In this document: positions 41,765 to 52,200 of the stretch, in pieces | Layout: each line of letters begins with the position of its first letter | Position numbering within the stretch: position 1 is the first letter of the stretch | Notes under the pieces: model-generated | Seen by the model: the letters and a program-made list of their open reading frames with translations, nothing else | Databases searched by the model: none | What the model was told of the DNA's origin: nothing | Position numbers and translations under genes: made by a program | From: Octopus bimaculoides | Lineage: Eukaryota | Assembly (NCBI RefSeq): GCF_001194135.2 | Contig: NC_068985.1 | Coordinates: 98,079,279-98,143,278 of the forward strand | DNA length: 64,000 nucleotides | Reading direction: 5' to 3'

Positions 41765-44721
41765 TGATGCTGATGCACACCCTGATATAGTTAACATATT
41801 ACTGTGTATAATATAAGTTTAAATGTCACATCTCCATCAGTGTGAGTGTGTGTATATATCACATCATGTCTCTGTGACCTGTATATCTATACCTAATGCA
41901 GATTTCTGTGCATCTATGAACACACATTTCATTGTGTATATATATATACGTGTCTGTTTAATATCCACTTCTCCATGCTTGCATGGCTCAGATAGAATTC
42001 ATTGAAGCATATCTGTTGTGACCTGATGCCCTTCTTGTCATCAGCCCTCACTTCTTTCCAAGAAAGATAATATTTCCCCAAAGCCAGGCATGTTTATCAT
42101 GGAAGATTGGAAATAAATGGCATTGCATGTATGGTGGAGACACTTGTTTACAGCTATCACACAATGTCATGCACACACACAGCTTGCTTCTTCCAGTTTT
42201 CATTTACCAAATCTACTCACAAGACTTTGGGGAAGTGTCATCTACTATAGCCCTAGGCTGACCAAAGAGCAATGCAAGTGAGACTGAACCCCAAAACCAC
42301 ATGGTCAGGAAGTGAACTTCTTAACCACACAGCCATACCTATAACACATTTTAAATTAATCATGTTAACCATTTTGTTACCATATTTCTGTTGAGATGCT
42401 CTGTGTTTCTTTCAATTAATTTTAAATAAAACAAAGAATTTAGTAAAATAACTTTATCATTAAACTAGTGTTAGGAACATAAATTGTGACTAAGGTTTGG
42501 TGGAAGATTTTCATTCAGAACTTTTGAACATTAGACATTTCTACTACAGAGCCAGAGGCGGTTTTCTGGCAGGTTGGTATTGAAAGGGTAAAAGAAAGTA
42601 TCCTAATCTTCAGTTTTCAGCTTTGAGATACCATATTTACTGGGATCATCATGTTTCAGTATGATGTATGCAATAAACTTACACTCCCATTTCTAAGTCT
42701 GTTCTAATCCCTATATTACTAATTATTTTTGCAGTTACGCAGCCTTGTTCGAAAGATCCGTTTAGAAGTGACCGCAGCAGTTTCCAATGTTTCCCTCCTC
42801 AATCAAATTTCCGGCTGTTCTTTTATCCACAACAATTACATCAATGCACTTAATGGAATTTGTCATCAAAGCCTGTGAGTAACTTTTTTTATTTCTTCTA
42901 CCAATATTTTTTTATCTACTTTTATATATGGCTTAATCATAAAACAAAGGGTAGTGCTGATGAGCTCATGATTTTAGTAGGGTCTTCAAGACAAGTGTGT
43001 GTGTGGGAGTTGAGCCTTGATTTATTGATTGTTGCAGTCTGTATCAGTTCATCAAGTTATTCCCAGATTTAAGGGCTGATTTAAATGCTTGTAACAAAGG
43101 TATCTCTGCTAAAGCCAGGTGGTGCTGTCCAAACAAGTGATGTATTTGAATATATAGGTGCAGGAGTGGTTGTGTCGTAAGTAGCTTGCTTACCAACTAC
43201 ATGGTTCCGGGTTCATTGCCACTGCATGTCACCTTGGGCAAGTATCTTCTACTATTGCCTGAGGGTGACCAAAGCCTTGTGAGTGGATTTGGTAGACAGA
43301 AACTGAAAGAAGCCTGTTATATATATATATTTTTGTGTGTGTGTGTGTGTGTGTAAACGTTTGTGTGTCTGTGCTTGACAACCGATGCTGGTGTGTTTAC
43401 GTCCCCGTAACTTAGCGTTTCGGCAAAAAGAGACCGATAAAATAAGTACTAGGCTTACAAAGAAAAAGTCCTGGGGTTGATTTGCTCGACTAAAGGCGGT
43501 GCTCCAGCATGGCTGCAATCAAATGACTGAAACAAGTAAAAGAGTAAAAGAGCATAATGAATGTATACACATGGATGCATGCATGTATATATGATCATTT
43601 TACTTCCAATAAAACTCCAATAGAATACCAAATTTTTAAACAACTATTATCACCTATGTATGGATGTATGTATGTATGCATACATCCATTCATGAGAGTT
43701 AGTTGAAGAAGGAAAGGCAGCACCCAGGACCTTTTTAAAAGGCATCTGTGATTGAGAGGTGGTGCAGTGGGTAGTGAATTATGTTTAATTCTTCAGCATT
43801 TACTTTGGACACATCCAGCCAAAATATTTCATCTGTTTTATGGTTTAAACTGGCCAAATCTGATCTTTTGTACCTCCCATGCAATTTCATTTAAAGATGG
43901 ACACTCACATCATTGAAATCTTGAGGCCACAAGATAATATATGATTAATTCTAAACCAATTTTAAGCATTACATTTGACAGTAATCTGAAAGCTATAAAG
44001 ACTTAAACCAGAACCTGATCCAAAAGCTTGCAGCAATGAACTTCGATAGAGGCACATAAGTGCCTGGTGGAGGTGTTAAACTGAGCGAGGTGTTAAACCT
44101 TTTATCATAATTGCTAATCATTGTATCAAGATATTGTAATAAAGACTTAATACCTGATTTAATTGGTCTCTGGTCGTTATATCGTTATTTCAGTTAATTT
44201 TGTGAGTTTCATTCTTGTTTAAACAAAAGACTTTATTTTTATCTCTTTTTGTTTTTCCAGGATTGGAGTGGCTTTCATGAGTCTTGTATGTGGTATTGTA
44301 GGAGTTGCACTGACCATTAACATCTGTTTGGCCACAAGGGCTTCAATCTTATTTGCAAAGAGGTCTGTATGATACATAATTTAATTAATGTATTTAAATA
44401 AATTTTACCTGAAATTGTCTGGCTTGTGTTTATGCTTCAGTGAATGGATGGGTCGATGGATAATGGATATATATATAGATATATATATATATATATATAT
44501 ATATATTCTATGTGAATTTATCCCATGTGCATCTTTTTTCCTGGCTCTTTTTTCATCATCTCTCTCTTCTTCTCTTCCCAGTTTCTCTTGGACATTTCTC
44601 TATTATCTGAAGAAGGACTGTGTCTGAAATGCAATACACCCTTTATTTCCATTTTTCCCTTCAATGTCAAAACTAATAACTGTGAATGTCTCTTGTACTT
44701 TTTTCTTTGTTGTCTTTTCTT

Positions 44722-44752
<31 letters not shown>

Positions 44753-44914
44753 GGCGTAGGAGTGGCTGTGTGATAAGTAGCCTGCTTACGAACCACATGG
44801 TTCCGGGTTCAGTCCCACTGCGTGGCACCTTGGGCAAGTGTCTTCTACTATAGCCTCGGGCCGACCAAAGCCTTGTGAGTGGATTTGGTAGATGGAAACT
44901 GAAAGAAGCCCGTC

Positions 44915-44963
<49 letters not shown>

Positions 44964-47900
44964 GTATGTATGTGTGTGTGTCCCCCCCCCCCAACATAGC
45001 TTGACAACTGATGCTGGTGTGTTTTTACATCCCCGTAACTTAGCAGTTCGGCAAAAGAGACCGATAGAATAAGTACTAGGCATGCAAAGAATAAGTCCTG
45101 GGGTCGATTTGCTCGACTAAAGGCGCTGCTCCAGCATGGCCGCAGTCAAATAACTGAAACGAGTAAAATAGTAAAGAGATATTGGAAAGAATGAAGGTGA
45201 TAACTGATCTCTGGATGCTGGGTTTTAGTCCTGAAAGGGTTAACAAGGAAGTGAGGCATTGTGGTGGTACAGTCCTGCTGAATCTACACCAGCTTGGGAA
45301 AGTGAAAGTGAATAGATAGCGTGTGCACGCACACACACTTTGCATGTGTCTTTGGTCAAGGTACATAACTCTGCTGTTCTAGTTTGCTTAACCATAAAAC
45401 AATTGGTGTATCTTTTTGTATTAAAAAAAAATCCATCACATGCTTTGATAGATGGAAATAAAACATATACTACTAGAATGTGTATAGATTTTTGCACGTA
45501 TGTGTATGAATTTTTCTATGTGTGTGTTTGTGTATACACACATAGCAAAGTATACACACAAAGCTAGTTGTAAAATCTCAATAAGAGATGAAAGTAGTAA
45601 CTATACTAACAAGTAAAGTTAATTGCAGCATCAATATGGTTGTTTAATGTTACTACTGTTTTAATTCCAGGCAGATCTTCTGCCAGCTGTTTTATAGGTG
45701 CAGCCTGCACCCTGTATATATTATAAGCAGGGGAGCTAATACCTACCACTCTCCAGCAGATGATGGGATTGCAAGACTGACTTGGTTTTGAGCTAGTTTT
45801 GTTCATCCTCAGTTGTAAACACTTGATTGCTAGAGAAATGGCCAGAGTCTGCTACAGCAAGCAATATATAGAAAGCAAAGCAACCATCGGTCACTGTGCA
45901 AATCAGTGACCGATGGCCACTCTGTTTTCTATTTATTGCTTGCGGGAGCCGACTCTGGCTATCTCTCTCGCAACAGGTGTTCATGAAAGGAAGATGAGTA
46001 AAACTAGCTCGAAACAGAGTCGGTCTTGTGATTTCATTGTCTGCTGGAGGGTGGTATGTGTCTGCTCCCCTGCTTGCAATATATATGGGGTGCAGGCTAC
46101 ACTTATAACCAGCTGGTAGAAGATCTGCCTGGGGTTAAAACAATAGTAACATTGAACAGCCATATTGATGTGGCAATTAACTTTACTTCCTTCTATCCAT
46201 CTATGTTTGTAGATTTGTATGTATGTCTACGTATTGTGTGTTTGTATTTACCATTTATTTTGGAATTGAATTAAACTTATTAAAAACCTGAAACCAATTA
46301 TGTAATTTCTAACTATTTCTTCATTTATTTGTTCATTGATTTTGTAATTAAAAATTTAATCTTTTTTAATAATAATATAATTTATAATAAACTTCAATCT
46401 TCATGTAAGCAGAAGAATATTACTGTAAAATTACAGTAATTAACGAAAATTTATTTTATAAATAGATATGATTACTGTAGTTTGGACCATTAACCTCATT
46501 TCTGCCTCAACCCATACAAGGATTTTAAAATGATGGTGATGATGATGAAGTTATTTAAGCTCTCATTAATTATATTTCGAACAGAAATAGTTAATGCATG
46601 TGTTTTAACACATAAAGCACGATGGGCCACGATCGTGTCCCAGATAGATGCATTTAATTTATGAGTGTTTGTTGGGGTCTAATATCACTCAAACGCTCTG
46701 ATACCCCACCCCAGAATGCAAGAGGACTAATAGTTCAACTAATGACCTTTCAGATGACGTAAGACTTGCCACCATTATATACTAAGAAGATATTTTAACT
46801 CTTTTTTGTTTTTTACGTGTGCATGGTAGTCTTATTTTCATAAGATGTGCTCAGCAGTCCATGCTATGTAAGTGCAAATTCCGACGCTTTATGAGTTAAT
46901 TAATTTTCCAAATAAAGTATCTGTAGTAACTAAATTAAGAAAAAAAAAAAATGCTTCTTATTGCTTAGTCCTAGATGAGTTATGGTTGAGCAGACTTATG
47001 ATCAAAAGCTTTCTGGGCTTGATCATCTTGTCTGTTTTGTTTATCAGGAATAATGTGTTTTGGACCACATTTTGTTTTTGTTTTAAAGATGTAGATTTGG
47101 TTGCTACTTCTAGCAAATCTTTCAGCTACGTAAACCTTAGTAGTATATTAAGTTGCTGGCATTTGTTGTTGCTTAGCTCCAGATTAACTCTAATTGAGCA
47201 GATCTATATATATATATATATATTCATCATCATTTATTGTCCACTTTTCTGTGCTTGCATGGGTTGAATGGAAGTTATTGAGGCAGATTTTGTATGGTTG
47301 GAAGCTCTTCCTATCACCAACCATCACCAAATAGACGTGTCTCATATCTATTTTCTCTTGAATATTATATCACTGATGGCACATTTAGTCCATTTGTTAA
47401 GGGTTTTATATTTCCAATAAATATAACAGGCTACTCATAAAAGTAGAGGTGCTAATCATTGTTGTTGATGAACTCCAGGTAATCTCTCACTGAACACCTC
47501 TATGGTCAAAAAGGTATTCCAACTTTGACTGCCCCCTTCAGTTTTCAAAAATACTCTAAGACTTCACTTGGGATGCTGATTTTTCTGCCAATTGACTAAA
47601 GAACATCAAACTATTCAACTCTTCACTAATATATAATCTCTTGAACCAGTAACTGATATGCACTATAAGTATATTGTCTTACATTCTATGTAATAATGTG
47701 TTGTGTTGCATTTAAAAAGATTAAAAAAAAGGTTTATTTTAGAGCCATAATGATTTACACTTTATATGTCTTTATCTCTTTCTCTGTCTACATAAAACAA
47801 TGTGTCTTTATGTTGTTGACTAACCCCATTTTAGTCCTGATCAAGCAGATCTATGGTCACAGGTACACAACACATTACCATTTCATTTTGTTTTTCTTCG

Positions 47901-48136
47901 AGGCATAAGACTTCATTATCTAATATTTACTTCTTTTAAATTCATTTTTCACTCCATTATTTTTACAGCATTCTTTTTATAATATTTCATATTTGTTTTT
48001 TTATTTCAGTTTGGTATACTATCCTGTAGATGACACCGATCCATTCTTACCCAGGCCACCTCCCTACAGCTACGGCACCCTCCCAACGGCTCCGAATGAT
48101 CCTTTCCAAGTGGACGTACGCAGAAGTTACTTGTAA
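20239..48136 (+). CDS. TTYH: Tweety-family (TTYH) membrane protein gene, 11 coding exons joined, ~420 aa, N-terminal exon not located
   Basis: Exons 20239-20399, 24151-24262, 26027-26262, 30509-30604, 35012-35084, 37851-37920, 38031-38083, 41603-41695, 42735-42874, 44261-44362 and 48010-48133 (+TAA) splice in one open frame (1260 nt). All have pyrimidine-tract AG acceptors and GT donors. Motifs match recalled tweety hallmarks: AVGFYGNxETN, VEPYRW, SRCLL, DLCVNPD, YLKC, GCxxxHxxYxxALxGIC, DDxDPF. Confidence 0.93.
21798..22370 (+). mobile_element. SINE family D, full length with 13-bp TSD (internal gap)
   Basis: tRNA-like head TGGTCCAGTGG..GGTTTCGATTCCC; AATCTTCCCATGG at 21785-21797 and 22371-22383. 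Confidence 0.88.
23228..23641. repeat. 30-bp minisatellite (ACCACCATCACCACTGTCCACTTCCCCTCC)n with internal gap
   Basis: Direct reading on both sides of the N-run. Confidence 0.92.
24151..24262 (+). CDS. TTYH: TTYH exon: end of TM2, GFYGN motif
   Basis: tttccag|A GGT...ACA|gtaagt; 112 nt; GSLAVGFYGNEETNRGMTKFITHLKSTTGTIRGSLST. Confidence 0.95.
24830..25150 (+). mobile_element. RTE 3'-tail-related repeat (family C)
   Basis: Ends GGAAAGCGGACGTTAAA(TGA)n. Confidence 0.82.
26027..26262 (+). CDS. TTYH: TTYH exon: first extracellular domain
   Basis: tttcag|ATT...TAC AG|gtaaga; 236 nt open; IDTIDQLSSRITHNVAEVKFIFHSSIKNKTVSRDAIELIEKFVYNTKQMRDYCSFIRQQTEHNRLDTISALTSLVEPY(R); overlaps track ORF 26078-26266; NKT sequon. 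Confidence 0.92.
28067..28387 (+). mobile_element. hAT (Charlie-like) MITE
   Basis: TIR CAGTGGTTCTCAACC / GGTTGAGAGCTCCTG; perfect 8-bp TSD TGTTAAAG at 28059-28066 and 28388-28395. Confidence 0.85.
30509..30604 (+). CDS. TTYH: TTYH exon: TM3
   Basis: tattttag|A TGG...ATA TT|gtaagt; 96 nt; WIATLSLFSVHALISLLLLIGMLTCSRCLLI(F). Confidence 0.93.
32520..32730 (-). mobile_element. tRNA-head SINE, further family
   Basis: Minus strand reads TGGCCCAGTGG...CGTTCAAATCC (A/B box-like). Confidence 0.6.
32990..33513 (+). mobile_element. RTE 3'-tail-related repeat (family C), long form with internal duplication
   Basis: Inverse of 3406-3920; the ~37-bp GAAATTGAACCAAATTCGATG..GGCACCCATGCCA segment occurs twice. 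Confidence 0.8.
34043..34435 (+). mobile_element. Two tandem SINE family B copies
   Basis: Full copy to ~34256 followed directly by a 5'-truncated copy. Confidence 0.85.
35012..35084 (+). CDS. TTYH: TTYH exon: TM4
   Basis: ccttacag|C TGC...GTG|gtaagt; 73 nt; CVLFGCLALMLIWIGGGLYLGTAV. Confidence 0.93.
35105..35558 (+). mobile_element. TTAA-flanked (piggyBac-like) MITE containing a nested second TTAA MITE at 35161-35389
   Basis: Outer TTAACCCTTTCGTTAC...GTAACGAAAGGATTAA; inner TTAACCCTTG...AAAGGGTTAA; uninterrupted outer-type copy at ~42366-42592. Confidence 0.8.
37195..37530 (-). mobile_element. tRNA-head SINE (family E)
   Basis: Minus strand reads TGGCTCAGTGG...GAGTTCAATTCCC. Confidence 0.65.
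37851..37920 (+). CDS. TTYH: TTYH exon: DLCVNPD motif, start of second ectodomain
   Basis: ttttcccag|GAT...GCT A|gtaagt; 70 nt; DFGDLCVNPDNYVKQQTSANMEA(K). Confidence 0.94.
38031..38083 (+). CDS. TTYH: TTYH exon: YLKC motif
   Basis: ctttaaacag|AA GTC...GAG|gtaagt; 53 nt; VLNAYLKCTDIREPFAE; preceded by a short 110-bp intron. Confidence 0.92.
38390..39525 (+). mobile_element. Decayed RTE-type LINE 3' portion (ORF2 end plus family C tail)
   Basis: LESRDLKINLAEAKVLVS (38435-38488), WLHKMCSGIIGRLTE (38587-38631), LEVAESCYYL..GGCSE, then family C tail ending ACTAAATGATGG; many stops and frameshifts. Confidence 0.72.
40632..40845 (+). mobile_element. SINE family B, full length, nested inside an older SINE
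   Basis: GAGTTCAAATTCC B-box; central GCCTTTYATCCTTTCGGGGTCGAT..AAGTA; TSD ATGTTGCA at 40622-40629 and 40850-40857; host SINE head begins ~40600 and resumes ~40858. Confidence 0.85.
41603..41695 (+). CDS. TTYH: TTYH exon: second ectodomain helix
   Basis: ttccttctag|AAA...AAG|gttagt; 93 nt; KYNAALSAIVRANSTLSEALYMASPYNMGSK; NST sequon; only this donor keeps frame. Confidence 0.85.
42366..42592 (+). mobile_element. TTAA-type MITE (same family as the outer 35105 element)
   Basis: TTAACCATTTTGTTAC...GTATTGAAAGGGTAAA; further copies near 5637-5865 and 59585-59797. Confidence 0.65.
42735..42874 (+). CDS. TTYH: TTYH exon: second ectodomain with two conserved cysteines
   Basis: tttttgcag|TTA...AGC CT|gtgagt; 140 nt; LRSLVRKIRLEVTAAVSNVSLLNQISGCSFIHNNYINALNGICHQS(L). 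Confidence 0.93.
43157..43552 (+). mobile_element. SINE family A, full length
   Basis: tRNA-like head, CCTTGGGCAAGT core-like segment, internal (TA)/(TG) microsatellite, tail CAAATGACTGAAACAAGTAAAAGAG. Confidence 0.9.
44261..44362 (+). CDS. TTYH: TTYH exon: TM5
   Basis: gtttttccag|G ATT...AAG AG|gtctgt; 102 nt; IGVAFMSLVCGIVGVALTINICLATRASILFAK(S). Confidence 0.9.
44753..45178 (+). mobile_element. SINE family A, full length, CpG-rich (young)
   Basis: As 43157 with most CpGs intact. Confidence 0.92.
45611..46188. repeat. ~580-bp imperfect palindrome (foldback) with 7-nt loop
   Basis: Arms 45611-45896 and 45904-46188 are reverse complements over their whole length; perfect inner stem CCATCGGTCACTG/CAGTGACCGATGG. 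Confidence 0.9.
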
Positions 48137-48410
48137 GTAGATACGACAGCAACCACCACAACAACAGTCCTGTCTGTGGATTTGTTAGTTGCTTCTGACA
48201 GTTGATTTCACTTGGGATGATGACTTTCTCTGCCAATTGACTTAAAGAACATCAATCAAGCTATTCAATTCTTTACTCTTTGCTAATATCTCTAGAACCA
48301 TTATCTGTTATACACTATAAATATATTGTTCTATATTCTATATAATAATGTTATCTGTGTTGTGTTTCAAAAGAAAGGAAAATGGTTTATATTAGAACCA
48401 CAATGATTTA
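47563..48410. repeat. ~200-bp diverged direct repeat pair flanking the TTYH tail exon
   Basis: 47563-47757 vs 48207-48410; both begin TTCACTTGGGATG, contain CTGCCAATTGACT..AAAGAACATCAA and end AATGATTTA. Confidence 0.8.
48010..48136 (+). CDS. TTYH: TTYH exon: cytoplasmic tail (DDTDPF, PPPY); ends at TAA 48134-48136 or splices at GT 48133
   Basis: ttatttcag|T TTG GTA...TAC TT|gtaagt; LVYYPVDDTDPFLPRPPPYSYGTLPTAPNDPFQVDVRRSYL*; phase matches previous exon. Confidence 0.88.
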
Positions 48411-49299
48411 AATTATATAATGTTTAAGCGAATTAGTTTTTTTTATATAACTAAATTGTTATTGAATTTAGAATTTTCTTTTATTTAAAAAAAGGTTTCC
48501 TGATTGAGTTTAAAATCAGTTTTCTCTATGCCACATGTTTTGTTTGCGCCAATTCTTTAAATATCCTTGTTTGATCTACAAGAAAAATCTCACCGGACTG
48601 TATATGCCATAACATTCACTAAATGGTATGAATTAGTTTGTGTGCCATAATGAAAATAAGCACAAAATATGTTATATTTCTTCATTCTAAATAATACTGA
48701 TACTAATAATCATCATAATCATAAATGATTCTAATATAATTGTTGTTGTAGTGAATGGAAATAACCAAAACGTGAGAACCGAAACAGAAATAACCCTCAT
48801 AATAATAGGTGCCTTGGGAATGATTAAAAAAATGCAGGCAGATATATAAGCAAAACCTCACAACTTATTCATGTACTGAACACTACCAGCAACTGGACAC
48901 ACATTATGTAAAACATTTTGAATATAATAGAAAATGCAACACAAAACAGACCACTGCGCATATCCAAGCCACATTGAGCTGTGTTCAGCTGTGTAATGAA
49001 AGCATGCAATAAAGTTATGATTATAGAAACAATAACTGTTTCTATGTTAGTCACAAGACCAGTACAGAAACTATGATAATAGTAGTTTCTTTATACCTGA
49101 AGATCTTGTTTCATTACATTTGAGGATTCTTCATATGTAAATATATTTTATAAAGGGTTTCAAAACAAAACCTGTTAGTGTGTATGCAGGCTGTAAATGG
49201 GGAGAGAGGAAGACAATGTACTCTGACTAACTTGAGAAACATATTTCAATAAAATCATAAATAAAGGCACCTACAAAGAGAAGGTTCGGGTTACCTGCA

Positions 49300-52200
49300 A
49301 GCCTTGACCACCTTCTGCTCTGAGTGCTTGTTCTTTCCTGATTGTAAACTCCAAGAAAACTTAAAACACTGGCTTTCTCATATTTACCAAATTGGCCCTC
49401 TCACACACACAAATCAGCAAATTCTGTGTAGGGTAGTATCTCTTTATCTCTAACTCTTTGTATACCTTAGACTTTAAGTTCTGCTTGAAGAAAGTTAATG
49501 AGGACTTAGGTGGAGATATAGCTTGCATTCATTGTACAACCTCTTTCTCCATAGTGGCCAGATAGAAGAAAACTGCTTTGCCAAAGAAGAGTGGTAGGAT
49601 GATCATTACACAGGTCTCTGCTGACAGATGGATTCATCCTGTATATCTTACAGTAGTTTGCAATTGCTGCACATGCCAGCAATCATCAGAAGTAAAAACG
49701 TGCATATTAAATGTTGTCTTCATTTGCTGTGCATCTAAGACAGGCTTAACAGATGACACTGCTATCCTTACAGAGCTTATCCTGAACTTGGAGCACTGCC
49801 ATGCTCAGGTTTTCTGGAAATTCTACATAGTGTCTGCACAAAAATGTCCTCTAGAATAAACTGGTTAGGTGATCTTTGGTGATACTCAATGCCCAACTTC
49901 TAGAGGATTGTTAGCACCTGAATCTGATGCCCAATCTTGGTCTACATTCAACTCAGAATTATTGTTCCAACAGAGAGATGAGCTGTGGAAAAGCATATCT
50001 AGCTAAAGCAAACCACACATGCTCACCATCCATGAATTTTTGCAGATGTCAAATTTAATGCATGTATGTGAATCGTCAGCCATGGATAGTTTTGTAAGTC
50101 TTTTGAATATGTTGGCTCATGAAGCAAAGAACAGGTATTTCAATTTGGTCAATTGTAGCCTGAAGGAAGATGCAACAGTCTGGTGGTAATAAATAATGGA
50201 GGTATTTTGTCTGTCTTTATGTTCTGAGTTCAAATTCTGCCGAGGTCTTCTTTGCTTTTATCCTTTTGGGGTCGATAAATTAAGTACCAGTTGCATAATA
50301 GAGTCGATCTAATCAACTGACCCCATCCCCAAAACTTTCGAGCCTTGCACCTAGAGTAGAAAAGAATAAATAATGGAGGTGTTGTGAGCATTCACTTCCT
50401 CTGATTTTTCATAGAGAACTTTCTCTCAATTCATTTCTGGATGAGAGTAGCAATCCTGTTTACAACCACATCTCAGGTTTCTATCCACCTGCCACTCTGG
50501 CATTAACCAGACCCTCAGGGACCTTAATCAGGTTGTTGATCCAGCAGTATACACTACTGCCTCCACTGATCAGCTGGTGTCCTGTTTAATATGTGCTTCA
50601 GTTATCACCTCATATTTGTTCAGTTTAGAGCTTATTACCTCACTTACTCTGATGTCTGAGACCAGTGTATATCAACCTGGTTCTCCGATGTTTCAGCACA
50701 AGCAGATCCCTCCCCCACTACACCTACCGAGCAGATACTGCTGTACAGCTTCTGCACCCAAACATTTGATTTAAATTGTGCTCTGCACAGTTGCAGGGTT
50801 CTGATCATTGATCTTATCAAAACTTTTTGTTTAATGCAAATTTATCACAGCTAGGATTATAGCAAGCTGTGAGTGATAGCACACATTTCAGTGTTGTATT
50901 ACATAAAGTGAAGGTTGTCTTGGACAGATCAGTTTAGGATCATACATGTTTTCACAGGCCAAATGACACTATCTACAACAATTATCAACATCTTTGATAG
51001 TACCTTGGCCAAAATCCTTTAGGGTTATAAACTGAAAGTTCTCTATTGTATCTCTTCTTGTTTATATTATTTCTCATTAGCTTCATCACTCTTTGGTTCA
51101 TACTGAATGTTCCTACTGTACTGATAGTTGTGATATAATCTGTTGAGATTGTAGCAAAGAACTCTTTCATATTACAAGAGTGTTTTTGGTGGGTAGGCCA
51201 CCAGCCTTGGTTGCTTAATACTCAAACAGCTATTTTAGAAGTTGAAATTTAGTGTTTGTGCTACCTACCTCTTCTGCCATGGTTTATGATAAACTATTGA
51301 GGTGGATGTTGAAGCCCACCATCTTTACTCAATCATTTATTCAAACAGTCTGAAGAAAATAGTGTTAAAATCCTGCACACAGCAACTTGGAATTGGGTAT
51401 CATGCTTCCTTCACAATCCTTCAAAGATTTTATCTAAGCTTGGTTGCCATGAAACAACTGTGCTACATGAGCCTGTTATATTGCTTTACAGCCCTTGTAA
51501 TTTAGTGCACATCTTAACTCTAATGAAACTTTATTATATTTCATTTACTGTAGATTTACTTTTTGATTCCACTCTCCATTGCTTATTTATAATCCTGCTT
51601 GCCGTTTTATGGTTAGGTAACTCTGTAATCTAGTAGATGTTGGCTTCTTGCATTGTAAACAAACAGTGCACTTGAACTTCAGTAGTGAGGCCTTTATCTC
51701 AAAGTCTTATGTAGGTTGACCATACAGATTACAGACTTGGTAGTCTATGCATTGATCCTGGATAATGTGGACAATTTCAGTTGGTTTATATTCATGTAAT
51801 TCCCCTAAGCTGAAACCATTCTAAATATCAATGCATGAAACTCTTGGTCCTTGAGTCACTCTGTAGCTTCTGCTGATTAAATTAAAAAAAACATATGTGT
51901 GGATAATAGTAGAAAGTTATCTAGTACATTAATTAAATTAGCAAATTATTGTAAACAAGTTATAATTTGCAAAATGCTGTTTTGTGAAAATGCTTGTCAG
52001 AACACCTCAGTGTCCAAGGGTTGCAGATAAACCATTTGTACAATCCTCCTCTGACAATTCACTTTAGTAGGGCCAAAATTCCCTTAAATATATAGTTAAC
52101 TATCATGCTGAGTACTGTTATGACTACTTGAACTTTCTGGTCTGTAAAGAGTTATTTTGAAATTTAATCTGTTTAGTATGATGTTCTCTGTTGTCTGCGA

